This document shows, in pieces, positions 1-12,089 of a stretch of 64,000 nt of DNA. Numbering within the stretch: the stretch's first letter is position 1; each line of letters begins with the position of its first letter. This DNA is from Octopus vulgaris. Lineage: Eukaryota. Location of the stretch: positions 39,556,001-39,620,000 of the forward strand of contig OX597830.1 in assembly GCA_951406725.2 (NCBI GenBank), given 5' to 3'. A program made the translations under genes and the position numbers. The notes below the pieces were generated by a model, which searched no databases, was not told where the DNA came from, and saw nothing but the letters and a program-made list of their open reading frames with translations.

Positions 1-662
1 AATCCCTTTGTCTGTCCTTGTTTGTCCTCTCTGTGTTTAGCCCCTTGTGGGTAGTAAAGAAATAGGTATTTCGTCTGTCTTCACATTCTGAGTTAAAATT
101 CTGCCTTTCATCTTTCCAGGTCGATAAATTAAGTACCAGCTGAGTACAGGAGTCGATCTAATCGACTGGCACCTCCCTCAAAATTTCGGGCATTGTGCCT
201 CCAGTAGAAAGATTTATTTTAAAGTTCCAAGGCAGCGAGCTGGCAGAAACATTAGCATAACGGGCGAAACAGTTAGCGGTATTTCGCCCATCGCTACGTT
301 CTGAGTTCAAATTCCGCCGAGGTCGACTTTGCTTTTCATCTTTTGGGAGTCGATAAATTAAGTACCAGTTGTGTACTAGGAATGATCTAATCGACTGGCC
401 CCCTCGCCCAAAATTTTGGGCCTTGTGCCTAGAGTAGAAAAGAATATTGATTTCAAATTTTGGCACAAGGCCAGTAGTTTTAGAAGAGGGGCAAGTCGTT
501 TACATCGACTCCAGTGTGTAAATGGTTTTTATTTTATCGACCTCGAATGGATGAAAGGCAAAGTTGACCCCAGCAGAATTTGAACTCAGAACATAAAGAC
601 AGACGAAATACTGCTAAGCATTTGTCCGGCGTGCAAAAACAATTCTGCCAGCTCATCACCTT
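1..662. mobile_element. Cluster of SINE A copies (both orientations)
   Basis: Three + pieces followed by a - copy sharing the family A core. Confidence 0.8.
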
Positions 663-1145
663 CATATTCTGAATGATATAATGATTCATTCCATTGAAGT
701 TCCAAATTCAATTTTACCTGCATAAAAACAAAATTCCCTACGGTACACTGACATATTTACCAAAGATATTTCTCTCCCTCAAATTAACCACCCAACACTG
801 GTGATTAGCTCCAACTCAGGGCCTTTTAATAACCCAAAGGTTAATTATAAAAAGAATGAAATCTAACCCTAGTTATAACAGAGAAGCGTCCAAGCATCAG
901 GAGGAATGCTTAGTGGCTTTTTTTTTCTCTGGTTCCTTACATTCTGAGTTCAAATTCTGCCAGGGTCCACTTACACTTTCGTCTTTCCAAGTAGATAAAA
1001 CAAGAATCAGCTGAGCACTGGGGCCAATGTATGTGACTAACCCCTAAAACTGCTTGCCTTGAGCTAAAATTTGAAAGAATAAGGTGGTAACCTGGCAGAA
1101 CTGTTAGCATGCCAACCAAAATATTTAAATGCATTTCATTTGTCT

Positions 1146-1349
1146 CTTTACTCTTTTACTTGTTTCAGTCATTTGACTGTGGCCATGCTGGAGCACTGCC
1201 TTTAGTCGAGCAAATTGACCCCAGGACTTATTCTCTGGAAGCCTAGTACTTATTCTATCGATCTCTTTTGCTGAACCGCTAAGTGATGGGGACGTAAATA
1301 CAACAGCATCGGTTGTCAAGCAATGTTGGGGAGACAAACACAAACATAT

Positions 1350-1424
<75 letters not shown>

Positions 1425-1970
1425 CGCAGGAGTGGCTGTGTGGTAAGTAGCTTGCTAACCAACCACATGGTTCCGGGTTCAGTCCCACTGTGTACCATCT
1501 TGGGCAAGTGTCTTCTACTATAGCCCCGGGCCGACCAATGCCTTGGTAGACGGAAACTGAAAGAAGCCTGTCGTATATATGTATATATATATGTGTGTGT
1601 GTATGTGTTTGTGTGTCTGTGTTTGTCCCCCTAGCATTGCTTGACAACCGATGCTGGTGTGTTTATGTTCCCGTCACTTAGCAGTTCGGCAAAAGAGACC
1701 GATAGAATAAGTCCCGGGGTCAATTTGCTCGACTAAAAGGCGGTGCTCCAGCATGGCCACAGTCAAATGACTGAAACAAGTAAAAGATATATATATATAT
1801 ATATACGATGGGCTTCTTTCAGTTTCCATCTAGTAAATCCACTCACAAGGCTTTGGTCCGCCTGAGGCTATAGTAGAAGACACTTGCCCAAGGTGCCACA
1901 CAGTGGGACTGAATCTGGAACCATGTAATTGGTAAGCAAGCTACTTACCACACAGCAACTCCTACGCCTA
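1146..1970. mobile_element. SINE family B (tRNA head, CORE-like): + copy 1422-1788 nested in the (TA)n of a - copy
   Basis: aggcgcaggagtggctgtgtggtaag head, gggttcagtccc B box, cttgggcaagt CORE-like motif, internal (TA)n(TG)n. Confidence 0.85.
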
Positions 1971-2544
1971 CATTCTGAGTTCAAATTCTGCCAATGTCAA
2001 CCTGAATTTCCATCCTTTCGGGGTCAATAAAATAAGTACCAGTTGAGAACAGATTGATGTGATTGATTTTACCCTCCCCAGAAAATTTCACACTTTGTAC
2101 CTATTATAGACAGAATTATGCCATCAAAGTAACACTGGGGTACAAATATACAAAGCCCAATAAAACCATAATGACTGCCTGATAAGGGTATATCAGGCAC
2201 AGGCATCACAATATGTGCACAGCATGGTGATCTCATATCAAGATAAACAGCGCATGACCTTGCAAGTGGGGCCTAGTTAGAATTTCCTTCAGGTCAAGTA
2301 GCTCGCCATCTTAATAATTATTGCTCGTATTATTAAGGTGGCAAGCCAACAGAATCACAAGCACACCAGCCAGAATGTTTAGCATTTTGTCCATCACTAC
2401 ATTCTGAGTTCAAATTCTGCTAAGGTCCACTCTACCTTTCATTCTTTCAGAGTCAATAAAATATGTATTAGTTGAGGATTAGTGTTGATGTAATCAACTT
2501 ATCCCTCCCTCGAAATTGCTGGCCTTGTGCCAAAATTTGAAACT

Positions 2545-2606
<62 letters not shown>

Positions 2607-3101
2607 CATTATTATTATTGAGTGAGAGAGTAGTGAATGCCATCAAAATGACACTGGAGTACAAATATATGAAACCCAATTTACCCATCATGACTACCCA
2701 TCTAGTAAGGGTACACCAGGCACATGCATCACAACCATATGTGCACATCTAGATGACCTCATATCAAGATAAACAATACATGACCTTGCAAGTGGGGCCC
2801 AGTTAGAATTTTCTTCAGGTCGAGTAGCCCATCCCACTCAAAAGCTCCCTGAATAAAGATTCTTTAAGGATATTTGAAAGACACATCCATGTTTCCAGGG
2901 GTGAATTATTCAAACCCCTAAGAATTCCTCTCAAAACATGGCTATGATGCTCCTCCTCTACTGCTCATGATCAGAGATCCACATATTGTCAGCTAGGAAG
3001 GAACATGCGCAACTGGTTAAGGTCAAGTAACTGACAAGCAAATCTGTGGTATTGAGCAGAATATTTGCTGTAGCCCATCATTTTACACCAAGATGAAATA
3101 T

Positions 3102-3535
3102 TCAGTTCTATATTTGAGAGATGAGGAATTATATGCATTATTTACATCGTTGTTAACACAACATTTTGGCTGATATACTCTCCAGCCTTTTTCAGGTGTC
3201 CTGGGGAAATTTCGAACCTGGGTTCACATTCCTAAGGTATTTTTCGATGTTATTACTATTAGTACTATTCAGGTCACTGCCTGGAATCGAACTCAGAATC
3301 TTGGGGTTAGTAGCCCGCGCTCTTAATCACTACACCTGTTGGCAATTAAGGAGTGAATTTTAGGACTTATAAATTGTAATATTTTCCTATCCTTCCTTAA
3401 TACCTTAGAAATGGGAACACAGGTTCGAAATCTCCCCAGGACACCTGAAGAAGGCTGGAGAGTATATCAGCCAAAACGTTGTGTTAGCAACAAACAAGAT
3501 GAGGACAAATATCCGTTGAATGTAAATGATGTAAG
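3102..3535 (-). mobile_element. TSD-flanked element: tRNA-like head + Penelope-like tail + inverted tail copy
   Basis: 13-bp TSD caagatgaaatat (3089-3101 / 3536-3548); B box at 3283-3294 (-); inverted arms about 3149-3241 and 3399-3491 with hammerhead-like motif. Confidence 0.7.
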
Positions 3536-3548
3536 CAAGATGAAATAT

Positions 3549-3646
3549 CATCATCATCATCGTTTAACATCTGTTTTCCATGCTAGCATGGGTTGGACAG
3601 TTCGACTGGGGTCTGGGAAGCCAGGAGGCTGCACCAGGCTCCAGTC
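3549..3646 (-). mobile_element. Short RTE 3' end fragment
   Basis: (CAT)n + cgtttaacatctgttttccatgctagcatgggttggac; flanked by tgaaatat duplication (3541-3548 / 3647-3654). Confidence 0.7.
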
Positions 3647-4145
3647 TGAAATATGTACATGATTAAACTTCCAATCAGTTAAGATCAGAAGCTACGAGAG
3701 CAAGTTCCTGGTATTGCATCAGGGCAACTGAGATATGTTTCACAATGCAATGCAGAAATCTTTAAACCCCCATCAGCATTGGTAGATCCCCAATTTCATG
3801 TTCTGTATCTCTGACAATAGCATCAAAATTGCCGAGTGGTCTTTTTTTCTCTCTGATAGGGTTCTAATTTTTCCAAAATGACATGGCCTGTTGTCCAGCA
3901 TGATAGCAATAACCAGAAAAGCTCAACCTGCACTGAGCAATAATAATAAAGAGAGTGCGTATATGTCCGTGAGTCTCCTCTCTGATCTTATAATCACATT
4001 TTAAGATATTCTAAACTCTCACGAGTGACACTCTGTCGGTTACAATGACATACAATGTTCCAGTTGATTCGATCAATGGAACAGCCTGCTGTTCTGAAAT
4101 TAATGTGCAAGTGGCCGAAGACTCGAGAGACAAGTCTAACCTTAA

Positions 4146-4664
4146 CCCTTTACTGTTCATATTATTCTTGGCTTCTGTGCCGGTGGCACGTAAAAAGCAC
4201 CATCTGAACGTGGCCGATGCCAGCTCCGCCTTGACTGGCTTCTGTGCCGGTGGCACATAAAAAGCACCAACCAATCGTGGCTGCTGCCAGACTCCCCTGG
4301 CACCTGTGCCGGTGGCATGTAAAAAGCACCCACTACACTCACGGAGTGGTTGGTGCTAGGAAGGGCATCCAGCTGTAGAAACACTGCCAGATCAGACTGG
4401 AGCCTGGTGCAGCCTCCTGGCCTCCCAGACCCCGGTCAAACCGTCCAACCCATGCTAGCACGGAAAACAGACGTTAAACGATGATGATGATGATTGTTTT
4501 GAACCAATCATGCATTATCTTGTAGCTATGAGATTTTGATGAGGTTGCTGTTGATTTTTAAAACGATATTGTAGAGTTGGTGTGAGAGACCAGATCTGGC
4601 CAGTTTGAACATAAAACAGGCAGAATACTTTCGGCCGGATATGGCCGGTTTAAATGCTAAAGGG
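4146..4664. mobile_element. piggyBac-type MITE (contains an RTE fragment)
   Basis: TTAA|CCCTTTA...TAAAGGG|TTAA; the TTAA duplication splits a host SINE that resumes after 4668. Confidence 0.8.
4169..4494 (+). mobile_element. RTE LINE 3' UTR fragment
   Basis: Similar to the 3' UTR at about 8110-8534; ends in (GAT)n; sits inside a piggyBac-type MITE. Confidence 0.8.
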
Positions 4665-5856
4665 TTAACATAGTTCTCAAAGAGATTCAGCATGACACAG
4701 AATGCAACATGGCTGCCTTTTCAAGAACAGATACAAATCATTCTTTCCAGCTGAGCTGAGTGGAGCAACATGAAATAAAGTGTCTTGCTCAAGAACACAA
4801 CATACCACTGGGTATCAAACTCACGACCTTACAATCATGAGTTGCATACCCTAACCACTAAACTACAACCCTCCACAAACTCTCATGAGAAGCTTTTCAT
4901 TCTTCCAGGGCCAATAAATGAAATACCAACTTGCTGGCCTTGTGCCAAAATTTGAAATCAATATTTGTAGTTTTGTTTTTTTTGCCTCTTGTTTTGTTTT
5001 GTGTTTTTTTTTAATCTTCTTTCACCACAACAGTTTTTCAAGCAAGGAGAGTTGTTTACTCCTAAATTTCTAATGAATAAAAGATTTTTTCTTTTTCCTT
5101 TATAAATGAAAGCCCTGAAGACAAAAGAAAATACTGAATGGAAACAAATAAACAAAAATTAAACAAATGTTTTCTATTGTCTTCAGGGATTTTGTTTCTG
5201 AAAAACATTTTTTAGTTTTATATTTTTGTTTTGTTTGTTCAATTTATCAATTTGAAATTTCAAAATGACTTCTCCTCTCTGATAGGAAAAAAAAAAGAAA
5301 AAAATAACAAAACAAAAAATACTTCATGAAAAATTCCACTTCATAAATAATTTTTGAACTTATATGATGTAAAAGAAAATATTGAATGGAAATTAAAAAA
5401 AGGAAAAAGAAAATGAAATTGAAATTCAAACTGAAACTAAAATTTAATTTTTTTAAAAAATAAATAGAATTATGGAAATGAAATTCATGTGAATTTTTAA
5501 AAAATTGATTTTATTTTTTAATTAAATATTAATTTCAGATAGTCACTTGTTGAAGAATTAAATTTTATAAAGCTACATTTCATTGATTTGAAATTTCAAA
5601 TTTATGAAAAAGGAAATGAATATTTTGATTAAAATTCCTAAAAGAAACATTTTGCATAAAATGGGAAGGAATAAGCTTAAGTTCAGCAATTACACAGATG
5701 GATAAACACTAAGCTTTTCAGTTTCGTTTGTTTAGGCCTTGTAAGGGTTCTAATCTAAAAAATATAAAAGAGCATAAGGAAATAGAGTCAGCTACATTGC
5801 CCAAGCTATTGATTCTCTGAAGATAACTTTCACCCTTTTATGTCAATAAGTGAAAT

Positions 5857-7230
5857 ACAAGGGTGGGCTGTAAAGTTCATATGCTGACTATGAAGGGGCG
5901 ATATGAGAGCTGTGAAATTTTGCATGCATTAATTTCAACTCTTCTTATTAATAACTGCATTGTTTCTTTACAGGTAAACTGACATCTGACTGTTCAAAGA
6001 ACACTTCAAAAATAACTGGTCGTGACCTCTCTTGAAAATGGACAAAATTCGGTATTGTAGTGTTATCAAGTACCTGCAGAAAAAAAAAAACATCTTAGCC
6101 TCCAAGGACATTCATGGAGTGGTTGCTACACCACTCCAGCTTTATCAATAATGCAAGAGTGGGCAGCTAAATTTAGGAGAGGAAGGGAAAATCTTGAAGA
6201 CAGGGCTGTGGTGTCAAAACAAAAAACTTTGACTCCAACTCCTGTACTATTGGTACCTCCGACTCAGACTCCTCTTTATGTACTTAAGTGATTGTGGTCT
6301 ACGTACCTCATTTAGCATATGCATACGCTTGTACTTTGGGAAGGCCTATATGTTATAACTGGTTTATATTAAAGAATAAAGATATTGCGAGTAGGAATCA
6401 GTGTAGTTTTACCAATGCCAACTCTGACTCCAGCTACCCCTTAATTGTTTCTGACTATGACTCCATGACTCCAACCCCAAGGCCCTGCTTGAGGATGACA
6501 CAAGGTCTGGACATCCTGCAACTGCCACCACCAAGGAAAACATAGTGATGGATGGCAGGTGATTGACCATAAATCAAATAAACAATGCTATTAACATACT
6601 CCATGAGACAGTTGAAAAAATTCTGCACAATGAACTTGGCATGATGAAGGTTTCTGCTCAATGGTGTGATCAAAACCACACCAGACTGATCACATCAAGG
6701 CAAAATTTGACATTATTTGATGCATATCCAGCTGGTTTCTTTGAATATTTCCTAACCCAGTATAAATGTTTGTTTCATTGCTTTGAGCCAGAGACAAAGA
6801 CAAAGAGACAATCCATGCAGTGGAAACAACCATCCTCACCGATTCCAAAGGAGGTCATGGATGTTCCATCTGTAGAGAAGGTAATGGCTTCAGTTTTTTT
6901 TGGGGGGCTGCAAAAGGCATTGTGTTTATTGACTATCTTCAAAAGAGCCATACCACCAATAGAGAGCACTATGCCAACTTGCAGAGGCAGTTATGAAATG
7001 CTATCAAGACCAAACACCCAAGAAAACTGATGAAAAGGGTTTTGTTCCATTAGGACAAAGCTCCACCACACAAGTTCTTGGTTTCAATGGCTGCTGTGCA
7101 TGACTGTGGCTTTGAACTGGTCAAACACTCTCCCTATTCTCCTGATTTGGCTCCACCTGACTATCATCTGCCCACCAACATGAAAAAATACTTGACTGGG
7201 AACTAGTATTGCAGTGATGATGATGTCATA
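5857..7230 (+). mobile_element. Mariner transposase relic
   Basis: GRENLEDD.RSG.P (after removing the insert), LGMMKVSAQW, FEPETK, KVMASVF and HSPYSPDLAPPDYHL motifs; many frameshifts. Confidence 0.85.
6201..6487. mobile_element. hAT-type MITE inside the mariner relic
   Basis: CAGGGC...GCCCTG termini, internal GACTCC repeats, 8-bp TSD cttgaaga (6193-6200) / cttgagga (6488-6495). Confidence 0.75.
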
Positions 7231-7655
7231 CAGTTCTCGGTAGCTACTGGATTGGTTGAGTACATAAACAGATCAGTTGCTTATTCCAATGAGATTGGCT
7301 CAAATTGATATAGGCACTTCTGATGACAATTCAGTAAGGTTTGAAAAATTGAATGAGGCTGTTCATTTTGCTTCAATCTATGGAGAAATAGAGTTAAATT
7401 TACCCTGTTTACATGCCTATTACATAAGTTACATGTATACATATATGTGTGTGTGTGTCTGTCTGTCTTTGTCTGTGTGTACATACACACACATAACCTA
7501 TGTAGCTTCTATTCACCGAAATCAACTCACAAAGCTTTGGTGAGTCAAGGGCTTATAGTAGGAGACACTTGCCAAAGACAACACAAGGTGGGACTGAATT
7601 CAAAACCTCATGATTGGGCTTTACAGCCATACACCCACACTTCCACCTATATATA

Positions 7656-8534
7656 TGGCGGATGTGTAATGTCAGTGTGCATATTTGACAGAGTGTAAGT
7701 ACCTTGAGAGAAAAGGCGGACCTAAGAAGCATCAGATGTGGTGTGCAAGAGAGACAACTGCACTGGTATGGTCATGTGGTGAGAATGGATGAGGATAGCT
7801 GTGTAAAAAAGGGCCACACCCTAGTAGTTGAGGGAACCTGTGGAAGAGGTAGACCAAGGAAGACCTGGGATAAGGTAGTAAAGCACAACCTTCGAACATT
7901 AGGCCGCACCAAGACAATGACTAGTGACCAAGACCTTTGGAAATATGCAGTGCATGAGAAGATCCAGAAGCCAAGTGAGACCAAAACCCGTGGCCTATGC
8001 CAGGGCTGTAACCAGCCCACTGATGCATATCTTTCCTTCATTGGACACTAAACTCTGCTTGCGAAGACCTGTTGAGGCAAGTGAAATCAAAACCGAATCA
8101 AATTCAATGACTGGCACCCGTGCCAGTAGAGCGCTAAGAGCACCATCCAAGTTTGAACATTGCCAGAGCAGCTGTCTGGCTTCCGTGCCAGTGGCACGTA
8201 AAAATGCCAGTGGCACATGAAAAGACATTTGAGCGAGGTCGTTGCCAGTGCTGCTGGACTGGCTCCTGTGCAAGTGGCACGTAAAAAACACCATTTGAGC
8301 GTGGCCGTTGCCAGTACCACCTGACTGGCCCTTGTGCTGGGGGCACGTAAAAGCACCCACTACACTCTCAGAGTGGTTGGCATTAGGAAGGGCATCCAAC
8401 TGTAGAAACTCTACCAGATCAGATTGGAGCCTGGTGCAGCCATCTGGTTCGCCAGTCCTCAGTCAAATCGTCTAACCCATGCTAGTATGGAAAGCGGATG
8501 CTAAACAATGAAGATTATGATGATGATGATGATG
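7656..8534 (+). mobile_element. RTE-clade LINE, 5'-truncated (ORF C-terminus + 3' UTR + (GAT)n tail)
   Basis: RQLHWYGHVVRMDEDSCVKK...GRGRPRKTW motif; 3' UTR with repeated gtgcc.gtggcacgtaaaaagcacc units; (GAT)n tail. Confidence 0.85.
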
Positions 8535-9152
8535 TTTCTGAAGGGCCTGAGAATGTTTTTTCAGTTGGATGCCCTTCCTAACACCAACCACTTTACAGTA
8601 TAGACTGGGTGCTCTTTTTACATTCCCCTAGCACTATTGAGGTTGCCATGTAGCCTGAAGGTCTACAAAACCCAATGAGGTAGGGTTGCATCCTTATGTT
8701 AGGTGGGGTTTAAGGTATGAGAAAAGATGTTGGAGTTGAGTCGGTTCTTGTTGTAGAGGAGCCAGATGGCTACTCACATTTAGAAGAGAGAACGTGCGAA
8801 TGAATTTGTGGTATCTCCAAAGATATATATAGCAGTGATGAAGTGTTCAGTTGGTATCTCAAGGTACAAGGGGAGTAGTAGTGAGTGGAGGAGCTAAGAG
8901 TGTGGGAGTATATGTGTGTTTACATTTGCAAGTGTGTATATACCTGTACTAGTGCCATGTAAAAAGCACCGAGTACATATATATATATATATACAACAGG
9001 CTTCTTTCAGTTTCAGTCTACCAAATCAACTTACAAGAGTATAGTAGAAGACACTTGCCCAAGGTGCCATACAGTGGGACTGAACCTGGAACCATATGGT
9101 TGGTAAGCAAGCTACTTACCACACAGCCACTCCGGCACCTATTGAAGAAAAT

Positions 9153-9301
9153 CATGGCAAAGGCGGAGTAAGCCCCTAATATTTCGCCTTGTTCTAAAAA
9201 TCAGTTTAATATCGATGGTCCCAAATAGGAACCGTATCAGATATTAAGCTGATAAGAACAGATACTGCACTTTGATCTTAGCCAAAAAGCCGAGAAGCGA
9301 T
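9153..9301 (-). ncRNA. U2: U2 snRNA variant or pseudogene, 3'-truncated
   Basis: Minus strand ATCGCTTCTCGGCTTTTTGGCTAAGATCAAAGTGCAGTATCTGTTCTTATCAGCTTAATATCTGATA; Sm-site-like GATTTTTAG; stem-loop IV not seen; GUAGUA changed to GCAGUA. Confidence 0.9.
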
Positions 9302-10206
9302 ATGCAGCATGTTCGTGGTAGGTCAGTAATTGCCAGTGTAGGCACGGATTGGGAACAAAATCAAACAATATATCACTATTGTTATTTAACCCCGGGCCAA
9401 GTCTGTGATCAAAAGTAGTCACGAGCAGCCTGTGGCCTACAGGAGTTTCTGAATGGCACACTGAACAAAAAATAACCTTCTATTTGTTTCTTTTCACGGG
9501 GCAGCCAGCCTGCCAGTGAACTGTCTCATGTGGCCCATTTCTCGATATTGGTTGTCTATGCCTGATCAAAGGCCTTACTTATAGTAGTGACGTATTTTTC
9601 TTTCTTTTTCTTCAAACATTGTATCTATAACAATAATATTCTTCATCTTTTTTAAAGATTAGTGCGCTTTGAGAAAGATTTAACTGTTATTTCTTGCAGA
9701 TCCAGGCATGGGTTTGGGAACAGGTGTGTGCAGGGAGTGCAAGTGCACCCTCTAACAATTTTTGGCGGGGTGAGGTGGCAATGAAAACACTATCGGCATC
9801 CTCAAAAATATGATCGCCAAAGCGAACGAGCGTAAAAACTTTTTAGGGCTGATTTTAAACGTCACTTTTCCATCATTGGATTTTATCTTATTTGATTGCT
9901 GTACAAATATAATTATTATTATAATTGGGTTTGTTTTTTATATTAAGATTGAACAAAATCGATCTTGTTTGTAAAACATATTAGAATTGGGTTTGCATCC
10001 CTGAAGCAAATTTCGTTTCCCTATTTATGGGTCCAGCGATCACGTAATCAAAAACTCCCTCTTCGACTCTAGCAACAAATAGTTGTGGAACAATGAACGG
10101 AGGTAATAAATAACACATCACACAAGACGCTTTCTATTATAGACATTAAGTAAATGATATTTTAAAAATAAAAGATACGTAAACTTTAAATATAAATCTG
10201 ACTTAC

Positions 10207-10263
10207 TTCGCCGCTTTCAATTTGTCCATTGATGTTCAATAAAAACACGCTACTAGACGCCAT
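10207..10263 (-). CDS. B9D1: B9 domain-containing protein 1 (ciliary transition zone), first coding exon
   Basis: Minus strand aacATGGCG start; MASSSVFLLNINGQIESGE resembles human B9D1 [21 protein letters not shown] (recalled); GTAAGT donor at 10206-10201 at the equivalent phase-0 position; no downstream exons found in window. Confidence 0.85.
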
Positions 10264-10268
10264 GTTGT

Positions 10269-10281
10269 GTTGTTAGGCAAG
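10269..10281. promoter_or_regulatory. RFX X-box-like motif just upstream of the B9D1 ATG
   Basis: GTTGTTAGGCAAG, imperfect X-box palindrome 6-18 bp before the start codon. Confidence 0.5.
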
Positions 10282-10486
10282 CGCATTAAGTTTCTTTTAA
10301 CACCCATCAAACAGCAGTAGTTTCGTATGAAGTTATTTCACATACTATATCAGTGTGAATGTGTGTGGGCGTTTGTGCGCATTTAATGTAAAAGTTATGT
10401 AAGCCTGTTCAAGAGATAATTTATACTTATATGTCTTTTGTGTGTATGTGTTCTCTCTCTCTCTCTCTGAACATTACAATGTGTGT

Positions 10487-10487
10487 G

Positions 10488-10519
<32 letters not shown>

Positions 10520-10860
10520 TGTATGTATGTATGTATGTATGTATGTACGTATGTATGTATGTATGTATGTATGTATGTATGTATGTACGTACGTATGTAT
10601 GTACGTACGTATGTATGTATGTATGTATGTATGTATGTATTATGTATGTATGTGTGTGTGTGTGTATATATATATAGGTTCATTAACGCACGCACACACA
10701 CACAAGCATACACACATTTATATACATAGATGCATACGTACATACATGCATATATACAAACTGATAGATAGAGAGAGAGAGAGAGAGAGATGAATAGGTG
10801 GAGGGAGGGGGGATAGAGAGGTAAATAGATAGATAGAGAGAGAGAGATGGATGGATTGAC

Positions 10861-10930
<70 letters not shown>
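10487..10930. repeat. Compound microsatellite (TATG)n/(CA)n/(GA)n/(GATA)n
   Basis: Direct inspection. Confidence 0.95.
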
Positions 10931-10931
<1 letters not shown>

Positions 10932-12089
10932 ATACCTGTCCCAGGTAAGTTGAATTTTGTCCATTTACGACGGGATTATTCCACTTATTTCTTTTTCACC
11001 ACGCACTTCAAATAAGAGGTGAGGAAGCCTTTTCCAAAGCAAAATTTTAAATATACGTAGTTTTTTTTTTTGTTTTTTTTGTTTTTGTTTTTTAATGTTA
11101 CCCCAGTCTTCACTGGTCTTCTAAATTGCACTGCACAGCAGTTGTCGAGCATTGGAACAAAGTTTGCAGCTTTGAACTGTTGTGCTGGCGCCGTGTGCTG
11201 CAGAGCTTATGGATGCCCGTGTCTGTCTGGTAAGACGCCTGCTTCCCAACCACATGGTTCTGGGTTCAATCCTTTTGCGTGCACCTTGAGCTGACTAACG
11301 CCTTGTGAGTGGATTTGGTATACGGAGACTGAAAGAAGTTCGTAGTATATGTATATATATTCATATATGCGCGCGTGTGTGTGTGTGTATCTTTGTGTCT
11401 GTGTTTGCCCCCTTGCTTGTCAACCGATATTGGTGCGTTTACGTCCCCGTAACTAAGCGGTTCTGCAAAAGAGTCCTATAGAATAAGTGCTAAGCTTACA
11501 AAGAATAAGTCCTGGGGTCGATTTCTTCGACTAAAACCCTTTAAGGCCGTGCTTCAAGTGACTGAAATATGTAAAAGAATATATCTTGGACTAAGAGGGC
11601 AAACGTCCCAGGCTACTAAACACCGTGCAAATGAATTCCACTGCCATTCGACTGCCTCAGTAGGACTGATTCATATAATTCTAACTAGGGCCGTAGCCAG
11701 GTTCTAAAGGCAGGGGAGCCGAGCAAATATAAAAAAAAAGGTGCCGTAATTCATACTAAACGATTTTGATTCATTGGTTATACATTTTATAAAAGGCGCC
11801 AATTTTTAAAAATGTCCTCGCGGGGAATGGTCACCCCCCCCCTTGCTCCCTTATTAGTCACGCCACTGATTTTAACCCTGGAAGGTGTTGTCATGGAAGA
11901 GCACGTCGTCTGATGTGGAGTGATGATGTGAAAGAGTTGATGGACGACCAACCTACACGCCAACCATTGAGAACTGCACAAAACCGATTACAGTGACGAG
12001 CACCTGTCAAGAATGGCATTAAGAGTCGTTCATTGACCTGAACGAAAATAGAAAAAGGATATTCCGTTCAGCTGTAGGATGTTAAATTA

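Larger units (their letters stand above)
2620..3730. repeat. Unclassified interspersed repeat hosting two insertions
   Basis: About 190 bp (2637-2830) is repeated at 2118-2305; the sequence resumes after 3654. Confidence 0.55.

Noticed and set aside
1279-1647. Recurrent ORFs starting [14 protein letters not shown] or MLGGQTQTH at many loci
   Set aside because: Antisense reading of SINE family B, not a gene family.
4960-5640. Very AT-rich tract with short inverted repeats
   Set aside because: Low complexity; no termini, TSD or coding features, and not recognisably mitochondrial.
8110-8360. Repeated gtggcacgtaaaaagcacc units with variable spacers, superficially CRISPR-like (also 4175-4332)
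   Set aside because: Degenerate tandem units of the RTE 3' UTR in a eukaryotic genome; no cas genes.
662-9150. Search for B9D1 exon 2 (FPEYDDLYCKY...DW-like)
   Set aside because: No matching minus-strand segment found by eye; the ttacctgcataaaaaca site near 715-730 gives no B9D1-like peptide.
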